From assembly GCA_902541215.1 (NCBI GenBank), contig CACBPV010000003.1, positions 28,784 to 92,783 on the forward strand: 64,000 nucleotides of DNA, read 5' to 3'. The DNA comes from an uncultured Alphaproteobacteria bacterium. Its GTDB lineage: Bacteria; Pseudomonadota; Alphaproteobacteria; HIMB59; GCA-002718135. Each line of letters begins with the position of its first letter. The stretch's first letter is position 1. The translations under genes were made by a program, and so were the position numbers. Shown one piece after another: positions 1 to 8,635 of this stretch. Below the pieces are notes generated by a model. The model worked only from the letters and a program-made list of their open reading frames with translations. It made no database searches and was not told the DNA's origin.

Positions 1-2845
1 TCGTATCTTTTACATCAGCAGCTTTTTCTCCAAAAATTGCTCTTAATAATTTTTCTTCTGGAGTCATTGGTGATTCTCCTTTTGGAGTAACCTTTCCAAC
101 TAAAATATCTCCAGAATTAACTTCAGCACCAACATAAACTATTCCTGTTTCATCAAGATTTATAAGCATCTCTTCACTAGCGTTAGGGATGTCTCTTGTT
201 ATTTCCTCAGGGCCTAATTTTGTATCCCTAGACATTACTTCGAACTCTTCAACATGTATTGAAGTAAAAACATCATCTTGAACAACTTTTTCAGAGATTA
301 AAATGGAGTCCTCAAAATTATAACCATTCCATGGCATAAATGCAGCTAGAACGTTTCTTCCTAATGCTAACTCACCCAAATCTGTTGCTGGTCCATCAGC
401 TATAACTTGATTTTTTTGTACCTTGTCACCAACGCTAACAAGTGGACGTTGAGTAATACAAGTATTTTGATTAGACCTTTGAAATTTTGAAAGATTATAA
501 ATATCTATTTTATTTAGAGATTTATCATTCTTATCTGTTATTCTTATTACAATTCTTTTCGAGTCAAGCTGATCAACGATACCCTCTCTTTTAGCAACAA
601 CTGTTGAACCACTGTCATTTGCGACTGTGTATTCCATTCCTGTACCAACAAGAGGAGCCTTTGGTTTTATTAATGGAACAGCTTGTCTCATCATATTAGA
701 ACCCATCAGTGCTCGGTTTGCATCATCATTCTCTAAGAAAGGTATCAGAGAAGATGCAACAGAAACTAGTTGCTGAGGTGAAACATCCATTAAATCTATT
801 GCATCTACATCAACATTTATAAATTCACCATTTTTTCTACAACTTACGATATTATTAGAAAATTTTCCCTTTGTATCGACTTCCGCATTTGCTTGTGCAA
901 TAACAAAATCTTCCTCATCTATTGCACTTAGATAAACTACTTGATCCGTAACTTTACCGGAATTAACAATTCTGTATGGTGTCTCAATGAAACCATATTT
1001 ATTTATTCTTGAATAAGAAGCTAAGCTATTTATTAATCCAATGTTCGCTCCTTCTGGAGTTTCTATTGGACAAATTCTTCCATAATGTGTTTGATGAACA
1101 TCTCTTACTTCAAAACCCGCTCTTTCTCTATTTAAACCACCTGGGCCTAAAGCTGATACTCTTCTTTTATGGGTTATCTCACTTAAAGGATTAGTTTGAT
1201 CCATAAATTGACTTAACTGACTTAAACCAAAAAATTCTTTGATTGAAGCCACTACAGGTTTTGCATTTACTATATCTTGAGGCATAATATTATCCACCTC
1301 AAGAGAGCTTAATCTTTCTTTTATAGCTCTATCCATTTTTAATAGACCTATTCTATATTGATTTTCTAAAAGTTCTCCAACAGACCTTACTCTTCGATTG
1401 GCCAAATGATCAATATCATCTATATCACCTTTGCCATCTATAAGGTTGTGCATGTGCTTAACAACATCCAGTATATCACTTTTATCAAGTATTCTTTGAT
1501 CAATGTCCGTAGGTTTTTTAAATTTTGCATTAATCTTTAGTCTTCCAACGGAAGAAAGGTCGTATCTATCTGCGTTAAAGAAAAGATTGTTAAATAAATT
1601 TTCTGCAGTTTCAATTGTAGGAGGTTCACCAGGTCTTAATATTTTGAATACTTCAAAAAGAGCTTCTTCCCTGGATCTTGCTTTATCTAGTTGCAAAGTA
1701 TTCCTTATATATGAACCTATTTCAACATTGTCCGCTTTAAGAAGATCTATTTTATTAGTTTTGCTTTCATTTAAGAATTCTAGGAAAATATCATCAATTT
1801 CATAACCTGCTTCAAAATATATTTTTCCAGTCTTTTCATCAATGATGTCAGAAGATAAGAAGAACCCGATTAGAGATTCTTCACTTATATTAATAGTTGA
1901 TATATTTTTCTTTTTTAAATCATTTAAAATTTTTTGATTTACCTTTGTTCCTTTGGACACAAGAATTTTACCATTTTTAGAATCAAGTAAGTCATAGTTT
2001 AAAATTTTACCCTTAAAAAAAGATAAATCTTCTTTGAATGCCCAACCAAAATCATTTTTTTTATAAATAACATTACTATAAAACAACGATAATATTTCTT
2101 CTCCTGTCATCCCAAGTATTCTTCTAGGATCAGGGTCAATTTTTTTACTATTACAATCATCAATATATTTTTCAGAAACTTCACTTAACAGGCACTTAAA
2201 AAGTGTAGTAACAGGAAATTTTCTTTTTCTATCAATTCTTGCATGAATATTATTTTTTGCATCGTGTTCAAAATCTAACCATGATCCTCTGTACGGAATT
2301 ATTCTTGCATTAAATAAATATTTTCCACTGGTATGAGTTTTGCCAAAATCATGATCAAAAAAGACGCCGGGGGATCGGTGCATTTGACTTACAACAACAC
2401 GTTCAGTTCCATTAACAACGAATGTTGCATTCTTAGTCATTAATGGAATATCTCCCATGTAAACTTCTTGCTCCTTTATATCTCTAACTGACTTAGTTCC
2501 TGCTATTTCATCAATATCCCAAATTATAAGGCGAAAGTTAACTAACAAAGGTGTTCCGTATGTCATCCCTCTTTGTGAGCATTCATCAACATCATATTTA
2601 GGTACGCCAAGATTATAACTTACATAATCTACAGTTGCTCTTTCAGCATAATCATGGATTGGAAATACAGATTTGAAAATTGAATGAAGACCAATATTTT
2701 CTCTCTTTTCAGGATCAGTTCTAAGTTGTAAAAAACTATCAAACGATCTTTTTTGAACCTCGACTAAATTTGGTAGAGATGTTACCAGAGGAATTTTACC
2801 AAAAGATTTTCTGATTTTTTTAAAATTTATATGATCTAAACTCAC
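1..2845 (-). CDS. rpoB: DNA-directed RNA polymerase beta subunit (3' end runs off the window)
   Basis: Manual translation from GTG at 2845 (SD GAAGGAG upstream): [19 protein letters not shown]..., with [19 protein letters not shown]-like and [11 protein letters not shown] motifs; follows rplL. Confidence 0.97.
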   Translation of the reverse strand, partial: MSLDHINFKKIRKSFGKIPLVTSLPNLVEVQKRSFDSFLQLRTDPEKRENIGLHSIFKSVFPIHDYAERATVDYVSYNLGVPKYDVDECSQRGMTYGTPLLVNFRLIIWDIDEIAGTKSVRDIKEQEVYMGDIPLMTKNATFVVNGTERVVVSQMHRSPGVFFDHDFGKTHTSGKYLFNARIIPYRGSWLDFEHDAKNNIHARIDRKRKFPVTTLFKCLLSEVSEKYIDDCNSKKIDPDPRRILGMTGEEILSLFYSNVIYKKNDFGWAFKEDLSFFKGKILNYDLLDSKNGKILVSKGTKVNQKILNDLKKKNISTINISEESLIGFFLSSDIIDEKTGKIYFEAGYEIDDIFLEFLNESKTNKIDLLKADNVEIGSYIRNTLQLDKARSREEALFEVFKILRPGEPPTIETAENLFNNLFFNADRYDLSSVGRLKINAKFKKPTDIDQRILDKSDILDVVKHMHNLIDGKGDIDDIDHLANRRVRSVGELLENQYRIGLLKMDRAIKERLSSLEVDNIMPQDIVNAKPVVASIKEFFGLSQLSQFMDQTNPLSEITHKRRVSALGPGGLNRERAGFEVRDVHQTHYGRICPIETPEGANIGLINSLASYSRINKYGFIETPYRIVNSGKVTDQVVYLSAIDEEDFVIAQANAEVDTKGKFSNNIVSCRKNGEFINVDVDAIDLMDVSPQQLVSVASSLIPFLENDDANRALMGSNMMRQAVPLIKPKAPLVGTGMEYTVANDSGSTVVAKREGIVDQLDSKRIVIRITDKNDKSLNKIDIYNLSKFQRSNQNTCITQRPLVSVGDKVQKNQVIADGPATDLGELALGRNVLAAFMPWNGYNFEDSILISEKVVQDDVFTSIHVEEFEVMSRDTKLGPEEITRDIPNASEEMLINLDETGIVYVGAEVNSGDILVGKVTPKGESPMTPEEKLLRAIFGEKAADVKDT

Positions 2846-2877
2846 CTTATCTCCTTCTATTTACTCTTTCAAATTTA

Positions 2878-2899
2878 AAGGCCTTTATTAAAAGGCCTT
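2878..2899 (-). terminator. Hairpin/intrinsic terminator or attenuator between rplL and rpoB
   Basis: Perfect 9-bp inverted repeat AAGGCCTTT-atta-AAAGGCCTT just after the rplL stop. Confidence 0.7.
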
Positions 2900-2903
2900 A
2901 AAA

Positions 2904-3281
2904 TTATTTTAATGTCACTTTTGCGCCAGCTGTTTCTAATGCTTTTTTCATTTCTTCAGCTTCTTCTTTTTTAACCCCTTGTTTAAGTGGTTTAGGCGCT
3001 CCTTCAACCAAATCTTTTGCTTCTTTTAGGCCTAAACCAGTAATGGTTCTTACCTCTTTAATAACAGCAATTTTATTTGATCCAGATTCAGACAATTCAA
3101 TATCAAATTCTGTCTTCTCTTCTGCAGCGGCTTCTCCACCACCTGCAGTTGGAGCTGCAGCAACTGCAACTGGTGCAGCAGCGGACACACCCCATTTTTC
3201 TTCAAGCAATTTACTTAATTCTGCTGCTTCAAGAACAGTAAGAGATGATAGATCTTCGACAATTTTATTCAAATCAGCCAT
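2904..3281 (-). CDS. rplL: 50S ribosomal protein L7/L12
   Basis: [33 protein letters not shown] motifs. Confidence 0.99.
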   Translation of the reverse strand: MADLNKIVEDLSSLTVLEAAELSKLLEEKWGVSAAAPVAVAAAPTAGGGEAAAEEKTEFDIELSESGSNKIAVIKEVRTITGLGLKEAKDLVEGAPKPLKQGVKKEEAEEMKKALETAGAKVTLK

Positions 3282-3299
3282 TTATTTCTCCTTATTTAC

Positions 3300-3821
3300 C
3301 TAGTTCGACTCTTGACTATTGCTACTGTTAGAACTAATTAATCTTGCAATTTGTGCTCCAGGTTCAGCTGTAATTGAAGCTATCTTTTGAGCTGGTGCAG
3401 ATATTAATCCTATTATTTTTCCTCTTAACTCATCCAAAGAAGGTAATTTTGCAAGAAAATCAATTTTTTCTTTATCAATTTTCTCACCATTATACCCCCC
3501 TCCAATAATTTTAAACTTTTCAAATTTTTTCTCAAAACTAACAGCTACCTTCGCTGGTGCCACTGCATCATCAGAATAAGCAATTGCTGTTGGACCTTTA
3601 AAAAGCTCAGAAATATCTTTAAATTGAGTTTCAGATATAGCAAGTTTAGTGAGTCTGTTCTTAGTTACTTTAAATTTTGCACCATTATCTCTCATTTCTT
3701 TTCTAAGTTGCTCTGTTTCATTCACTGTTAGCCCAGAATATTCAGCCACAATTACAGAAGTAGCATTTAAAAAGTCTTCTTTGAGATTACTTACAAAATC
3801 TTTTTTTTCAGAACGTTTCAC
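3300..3821 (-). CDS. rplJ: 50S ribosomal protein L10
   Basis: YSGLTV, KVTKNRL, GPTAIAYS, LAKLPSLDELR; start moved to GTG 3821, which has a GAGG SD. Confidence 0.96.
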   Translation of the reverse strand: MKRSEKKDFVSNLKEDFLNATSVIVAEYSGLTVNETEQLRKEMRDNGAKFKVTKNRLTKLAISETQFKDISELFKGPTAIAYSDDAVAPAKVAVSFEKKFEKFKIIGGGYNGEKIDKEKIDFLAKLPSLDELRGKIIGLISAPAQKIASITAEPGAQIARLISSNSSNSQESN

Positions 3822-3897
3822 GTCAACCTCGGTTTTAATTGGATCCAAAAGATCCAATATTAGCTAAAATTAGTTTGCCCACCAAACTAATTAAAAG

Positions 3898-3975
3898 CCT
3901 GTCAAGAAGCAAATCAATGACTCGCTTCAGTCTATGCAGGTAATTAAGCTCAAGGCCCCTGCAGTCTTTGACAGG
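3898..3975 (-). promoter_or_regulatory. Ribosomal protein L10 leader (autoregulatory RNA)
   Basis: GC-rich nested stems upstream of rplJ: CCTGTCAA/TTGACAGG outer stem, TGCAGG/CCTGCA and GAAGC/GCTTC inner stems, AAGAC...AGAC core. Confidence 0.75.
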
Positions 3976-4004
3976 TGATGATCAAAGATCATCTTTTGGA
4001 TTAA

Positions 4005-4694
4005 TCAACGCAAGCTGACTTGGTTAATATTTAATCCAACTCCCATAGTTGAAGCTATGGTAACCTTTTTTATAAAAGAACCCTTAACGGCATCAGGTTT
4101 ACTTTTGCTAACTGAAGAATAAAATGTTTTAATATTTTCTAACAATTCTTCTTCACTAAAATCTAATTTTCCAACACCTGCATGAACGATACCAGATTTG
4201 TCATTTTTGAATTTAACTTGACCTGATTTAGCGTCTTTTACTGATTTAGAAATTTCATTAGTTACAGTACCAAGTTTAGGATTTGGCATTAATCCTTTTG
4301 GTCCTAATATTTTTGCTACTTTACCCAATTTCGGCATCATATCTGGAGTCGCAATTAGAACGTCGAATTCTATTTTTGATTTAGAAATTGTTTCAATCAA
4401 ATCATCGCTTCCTACCAAGTCTGCACCGTTATTTTTTGCATCGTTTTGTTTTTCCTCATTTGCAATTACTGCGACCTTTACAGTTTTTCCTGTTCCATAG
4501 GGAAGATTTACAACACCTTTAATACTTTGATCAGTTTTGTTACTGTCAATTCCAAGATTAATTGAAATATCAATTGCTTCTATAAACTTTACATAAGATT
4601 TTTCTTTTAAAATTTTGATTGCTTCTATTGGCTCGTAAACCTTTGTAGCGTCAAAGTTATTTAACATTTGCTTTCTATTTTTTGTAATTTTCAT
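4005..4694 (-). CDS. rplA: 50S ribosomal protein L1
   Basis: LPYGTGK, LGPKGLMPNPKLGTVT, STMG motifs. Confidence 0.99.
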   Translation of the reverse strand: MKITKNRKQMLNNFDATKVYEPIEAIKILKEKSYVKFIEAIDISINLGIDSNKTDQSIKGVVNLPYGTGKTVKVAVIANEEKQNDAKNNGADLVGSDDLIETISKSKIEFDVLIATPDMMPKLGKVAKILGPKGLMPNPKLGTVTNEISKSVKDAKSGQVKFKNDKSGIVHAGVGKLDFSEEELLENIKTFYSSVSKSKPDAVKGSFIKKVTIASTMGVGLNINQVSLR

Positions 4695-5122
4695 TAACCC
4701 ACTACCTCCATACCCATTGAAACAGCAGATCCTTTAACCATATTCATTGCTCCATCTAGATCAATAGCATTTAAATCCTGCATTTTTTCTTTGGCAATTT
4801 TTTCAATATCTTGCATTGAGACTTTCCCTACTAATGATCTTCCAGGAGTTGAGTTTCCTTTTTTTATTTTTGCTGCTTTTTTAAGATAAAAACTTACTGG
4901 TGGTAATTTAGTAGTAAAATCGAAGCTTCTATCTTTGTATGCTGTTATAATGACTGGAATTGGTGCACCTTTTTCTAAATCTTTTGTTTTATCATTAAAT
5001 GCTTTACAAAAATCCATTATGTTTAAACCTCTTTGTCCAAGTGCAGGACCAACAGGCGGAGAAGGGTTTGCTCCTCCAGCAGGAATTTGCAATTTAATTA
5101 AGCCTAAAATTTCTTTAGCCAT
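4694..5122 (-). CDS. rplK: 50S ribosomal protein L11
   Basis: [23 protein letters not shown]. Confidence 0.99.
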   Translation of the reverse strand: MAKEILGLIKLQIPAGGANPSPPVGPALGQRGLNIMDFCKAFNDKTKDLEKGAPIPVIITAYKDRSFDFTTKLPPVSFYLKKAAKIKKGNSTPGRSLVGKVSMQDIEKIAKEKMQDLNAIDLDGAMNMVKGSAVSMGMEVVG

Positions 5123-5124
5123 GG

Positions 5125-5658
5125 TTATACCTTTTCTACCTGTGAATATTCTAGATCAACAGGTGTTGATCTTCCAAAAATTGAAACAGCTACTCTCAAT
5201 CTTGCTTTATCTTCATCTATTTGTTCGACCTCCCCATTAAATGATGCAAAAGGTCCATCAATTACTTTTACTTGTTCGCCAACATCATACATTATTGCAG
5301 GTCTAGATTTTTCTACACCATCAATAACTTGTTCGGAGATTCTTTTTGCTTCAGAATTACTTATGGGAATAGGTTTACCTTTATTACCTAAAAAACCACT
5401 TAATTTAGGTGTTGTCTTAATAATGTGCCACGTATCATCATTTAAGTTCATTTTAATAAGAATATAACCAGGAAAAATTTTTCTTTCTGTATTTACCCTA
5501 ACTCCTCTTTTTACTTCAACTACATTTTGAACAGGAACAGATATTTCTTCAATTTGATCTTTGATACCAAGTTTAGTTGCTTGATCAACTATACTGTCTG
5601 CAACTTTTTTTTCATACCCTGAGTAAGCATGAAGAACATACCATCTTGTTTTATTCAT
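5125..5658 (-). CDS. nusG: Transcription termination/antitermination factor NusG
   Basis: [21 protein letters not shown] motif [18 protein letters not shown]. Confidence 0.99.
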   Translation of the reverse strand: MNKTRWYVLHAYSGYEKKVADSIVDQATKLGIKDQIEEISVPVQNVVEVKRGVRVNTERKIFPGYILIKMNLNDDTWHIIKTTPKLSGFLGNKGKPIPISNSEAKRISEQVIDGVEKSRPAIMYDVGEQVKVIDGPFASFNGEVEQIDEDKARLRVAVSIFGRSTPVDLEYSQVEKV

Positions 5659-5873
5659 TAAAAACCTGATCCTATTTCAATTATTTTTCTTATGGAAAAA
5701 GACCATATTTGATCAGTTAGAAGAAAAAATAATGAAAATAATATTATTAATAAAATGACTATTGCTGAAGAAATAAAAGTATCTCTTCTTTGTGGCCAAG
5801 TTACTTTTTGTAATTCTTGTCTAACTTGTCTTACAAAAAGAGCTGGTGATGTTTTCTTTTTTTCAATATTCAT
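5658..5873 (-). CDS. secE: Preprotein translocase subunit SecE
   Basis: QVRQELQKVTWP plus one TM helix; lies between tRNA-Trp and nusG. Confidence 0.96.
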   Translation of the reverse strand: MNIEKKKTSPALFVRQVRQELQKVTWPQRRDTFISSAIVILLIILFSLFFLLTDQIWSFSIRKIIEIGSGF

Positions 5874-5887
5874 TTTTTCATTTCTCT

Positions 5888-5963
5888 TGGCAGGAGTGGC
5901 AGGACTTGAACCCGCAGCCCCCGGTTTTGGAGACCGGTGCTCTACCAGTTGAGCTACACTCCT
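5888..5963 (-). tRNA. tRNA-Trp (CCA)
   Basis: 76-nt cloverleaf, anticodon loop CTCCAAA, GTTCAA T-loop, encoded CCA end. Confidence 0.98.
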
Positions 5964-6001
5964 AATTAAGTATCGGCTAGCTGATAGAGCGGTCTCTAAA
6001 A

Positions 6002-7192
6002 CTATTCGATAATTTCAGCAACAACTCCAGCGCCAACTGTTCTTCCACCTTCTCTAATTGCAAATTTTAGACCTTTATCCATTGCAATTGGGGACAAAAG
6101 AGTAACTTCCATAGCAATATTATCACCGGGCATTACCATTTCGGTTCCTTCTGGTAATTTAATTGTTCCAGTTACGTCAGTTGTTCTAAAGTAGAATTGA
6201 GGTCTGTAGTTTGAAAAGAATGGGGTATGTCTTCCACCTTCTTCTTTTTTTAATACATATGCTTCAGCTTTAAATTTTGTATGAGGTTTTATGGAGCCAG
6301 GTTTTGCTAATACTTGACCACGTTCAACTTCTTCTCTTTTTGTTCCACGAAGAAGAACACCAACGTTGTCTCCTGCTTCACCAGAGTCTAGAAGTTTTCT
6401 AAACATTTCAACTCCCGTACAAGTAGTTTTTTGAGGCTCTCTTATTCCTAAAATTTCAATTTCCTCACCAACTTTAACTTGACCTTGTTCAATTCTCCCA
6501 GTTACAACTGTACCTCTACCAGAAATTGAAAATACATCTTCAACTGGCATTAAGAAAGGTTGATCTACAGGTCGGCTAGGTTGTGGTATATGTTCATCAA
6601 CTGCTTTCATTAATTCCATAATTGAATTTTTTCCAATTTCGTCGTCTCTTCCTTCAAGAGCTGCTAAAGCTGAACCCTTAATGATTGGGATAGTATCACC
6701 TGGGAATTCATATGAAGTTAGAAGTTCTCTAATTTCCATCTCTACTAGATCAATTAATTCTTTATCATCTACTTGATCAACTTTGTTCATATATACAACC
6801 AGAGCAGGTACACCTACCTGTCTAGCTAAAAGTATGTGTTCTCTTGTTTGAGGCATTGGTCCATCAGCTGCATTAACAACTAAGATACCACCATCCATTT
6901 GAGCTGCACCAGTGATCATGTTTTTAACATAATCTGCGTGTCCAGGACAATCAACGTGAGCATAGTGTCTTGCTTCTGTTTCATATTCAACGTGTGCAGT
7001 AGATATTGTAATGCCACGTTCTCTTTCTTCAGGTGCTTTGTCAATGTTCGCGTAATCTGTAAATTCTGCTCCACCTGTCTCTGCTAAAATTTTTGTTATA
7101 GCAGCAGTTAATGTTGTTTTACCATGGTCAACGTGACCAACAGTACCTATGTTACAATGCGGTTTGTTTCTTTCGAATTTTGCTTTAGCCAT
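6002..7192 (-). CDS. tuf: Elongation factor Tu
   Basis: [18 protein letters not shown] motifs; 396 aa. Confidence 0.99.
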   Translation of the reverse strand: MAKAKFERNKPHCNIGTVGHVDHGKTTLTAAITKILAETGGAEFTDYANIDKAPEERERGITISTAHVEYETEARHYAHVDCPGHADYVKNMITGAAQMDGGILVVNAADGPMPQTREHILLARQVGVPALVVYMNKVDQVDDKELIDLVEMEIRELLTSYEFPGDTIPIIKGSALAALEGRDDEIGKNSIMELMKAVDEHIPQPSRPVDQPFLMPVEDVFSISGRGTVVTGRIEQGQVKVGEEIEILGIREPQKTTCTGVEMFRKLLDSGEAGDNVGVLLRGTKREEVERGQVLAKPGSIKPHTKFKAEAYVLKKEEGGRHTPFFSNYRPQFYFRTTDVTGTIKLPEGTEMVMPGDNIAMEVTLLSPIAMDKGLKFAIREGGRTVGAGVVAEIIE

Positions 7193-7218
7193 TTTTTTAC
7201 CCCAATAATATTTTGTTA

Positions 7219-7292
7219 TGGAGCGGGTGAAGGGAATCGAACCCTCGTAGCCAGCTTGGAAGGCTGGAGCTTTACCACTAAGCTACACCCGC
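7219..7292 (-). tRNA. tRNA-Gly (TCC)
   Basis: 74-nt cloverleaf GCGGGTG..., anticodon loop CTTCCAA, CCA end. Confidence 0.98.
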
Positions 7293-7350
7293 AACTAAAC
7301 TGACTGCTTCACACACTCACTTTAATGCTTTCATCCCATTACCTCCATAA

Positions 7351-7436
7351 TGGTGGAGGGGGTAGGATTCGAACCTACGTACGCTCACGCGGGCGGATTT
7401 ACAGTCCGCTGCCTTTAACCACTCGACCACCCCTCC
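7351..7436 (-). tRNA. tRNA-Tyr (GTA)
   Basis: 86-nt cloverleaf with long variable arm, anticodon loop CTGTAAA, CCA end. Confidence 0.98.
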
Positions 7437-7449
7437 TTTGAAGAAATTG

Positions 7450-7480
7450 GCCAATACTAATAAATTAGTATATATGTCAA
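7450..7480 (-). promoter_or_regulatory. Putative sigma70 promoter of the tRNA-Tyr/tRNA-Gly/tuf operon
   Basis: Consensus TTGACA (7475-7480, minus strand) followed by TAGTAT/TATTGG -10 candidates just upstream of tRNA-Tyr. Confidence 0.55.
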
Positions 7481-7605
7481 TCTAAAACAGCAGCTTCACC
7501 TTTGCAAAATACGTATACTCGTAAAAGCAACGGCCTTTTAGACAAAAAATGCCTTTTTGTACATATCTAGATTGTATTAATTAGACAAATCTGTGATATT
7601 AAACC

Positions 7606-8367
7606 ATGAGTAAGTTTAGAAATAATAAATCTAATAAAAACCAAGGAATTCATACAATTTTTGGTCAACATTCTGTTAAGGCAGCCCTTCAAAATGATAA
7701 AAGAGAGAATATTGAGCTTATAATTAGTAAAAATCAGACAAATTTTGCCAAAAAATATGAATCTAATATACAAAAAATTACTATTCTTCCTCAAAATGAA
7801 TTCACAAGAAGATTTGGAAATGAAAACACAACGCAGGGAGTAGTTCTAAAAACAAAAGAACTTACTTGGCTAGGTTTAGAAGAATTTGTAAAAGTTGAAA
7901 GTCAAAAATCAAAATCAGTAATATTAATTTTAGATCAAGTAACTGACCCTCAAAATATTGGCTCAATAATGAGATCATGTGCATTATTTGACTGTGCAGG
8001 AATTATAGTTGGTAAAGATAATTCACCAGAACTGACTTCATCACTTTATAAATCAGCTTCCGGTGCTGCTGAAATTGTAAATTATATTAGAGTGACAAAT
8101 ATTAGAAGAGCTATTTCTTTTCTTAAAAAAAATAATTATTGGATTTATGGCTTTGACAGTTCAAAAAATAAAAATTCAAAATTAAATTTTTCACAAAAAT
8201 CAGTATTAGTTTTTGGCTCTGAAGGTAAAGGTATTAGAGAATTAGTAAAAAAGGAATGTGATGAAATAATTCAGATAAACATGAAAAAAAATTTAAAATT
8301 TGAAATTGATAGTTTGAATGTTTCTAATGCAACATCGATAGCTTTATATCAATTTTACTCAACGTAA
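7606..8367 (+). CDS. rlmB: 23S rRNA (Gm2251) 2'-O-methyltransferase, SpoU family
   Basis: LDQVTDPQNIGSIMRS, GSEGKGIR, DSLNVSNA SPOUT motifs. Confidence 0.95.
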   Translation: MSKFRNNKSNKNQGIHTIFGQHSVKAALQNDKRENIELIISKNQTNFAKKYESNIQKITILPQNEFTRRFGNENTTQGVVLKTKELTWLGLEEFVKVESQKSKSVILILDQVTDPQNIGSIMRSCALFDCAGIIVGKDNSPELTSSLYKSASGAAEIVNYIRVTNIRRAISFLKKNNYWIYGFDSSKNKNSKLNFSQKSVLVFGSEGKGIRELVKKECDEIIQINMKKNLKFEIDSLNVSNATSIALYQFYST

Positions 8368-8379
8368 ATATAATTAAGG

Positions 8380-8455
<76 letters not shown>

Positions 8456-8505
8456 ATCAATTTTGCATTTATATTAAATTATAAATTCGACAAGATTTTT
8501 ATAAA

Positions 8506-8628
8506 TTAAATTCCAGGAATATAAGGAACTCCATCACCTTTTACTCTTTCGTTTAATTCACTTAACGTAGAGCATGCTGTGATTGGACTAAATACAAGAA
8601 ATAAAATTATTAATGTTTTTTTAATCAT
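8506..8628 (-). CDS. Small (40 aa) putative lipoprotein, absent from the ORF track
   Basis: Manual translation MIKKTLIILFLVFSPITACSTLSELNERVKGDGVPYIPGI*: basic N-region, hydrophobic core, lipobox-like ITA-C; starts 7 bp after the FDH alpha stop. Confidence 0.7.
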   Translation of the reverse strand: MIKKTLIILFLVFSPITACSTLSELNERVKGDGVPYIPGI

Positions 8629-8635
8629 AAATTAT

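Noticed and set aside
1009-1805. Plus-strand ORFs of 61 and 100 aa, and similar short antisense ORFs throughout the track (e.g. 3043, 4935, 8754, 30713, 37752, 56802)
   Set aside because: They are shadows on the strand opposite well-supported genes such as rpoB, rplL, FDH alpha, glmM, tolA and fhs, with no motifs of their own
3822-3857. N-terminal extension of RplJ in the ORF track
   Set aside because: The upstream TTG lies in a leader hairpin; GTG 3821 has an SD and gives the normal length
5964-6001. Small hairpins between tuf and tRNA-Trp
   Set aside because: Stems of only 4-5 bp; plausibly processing signals but too weak to call
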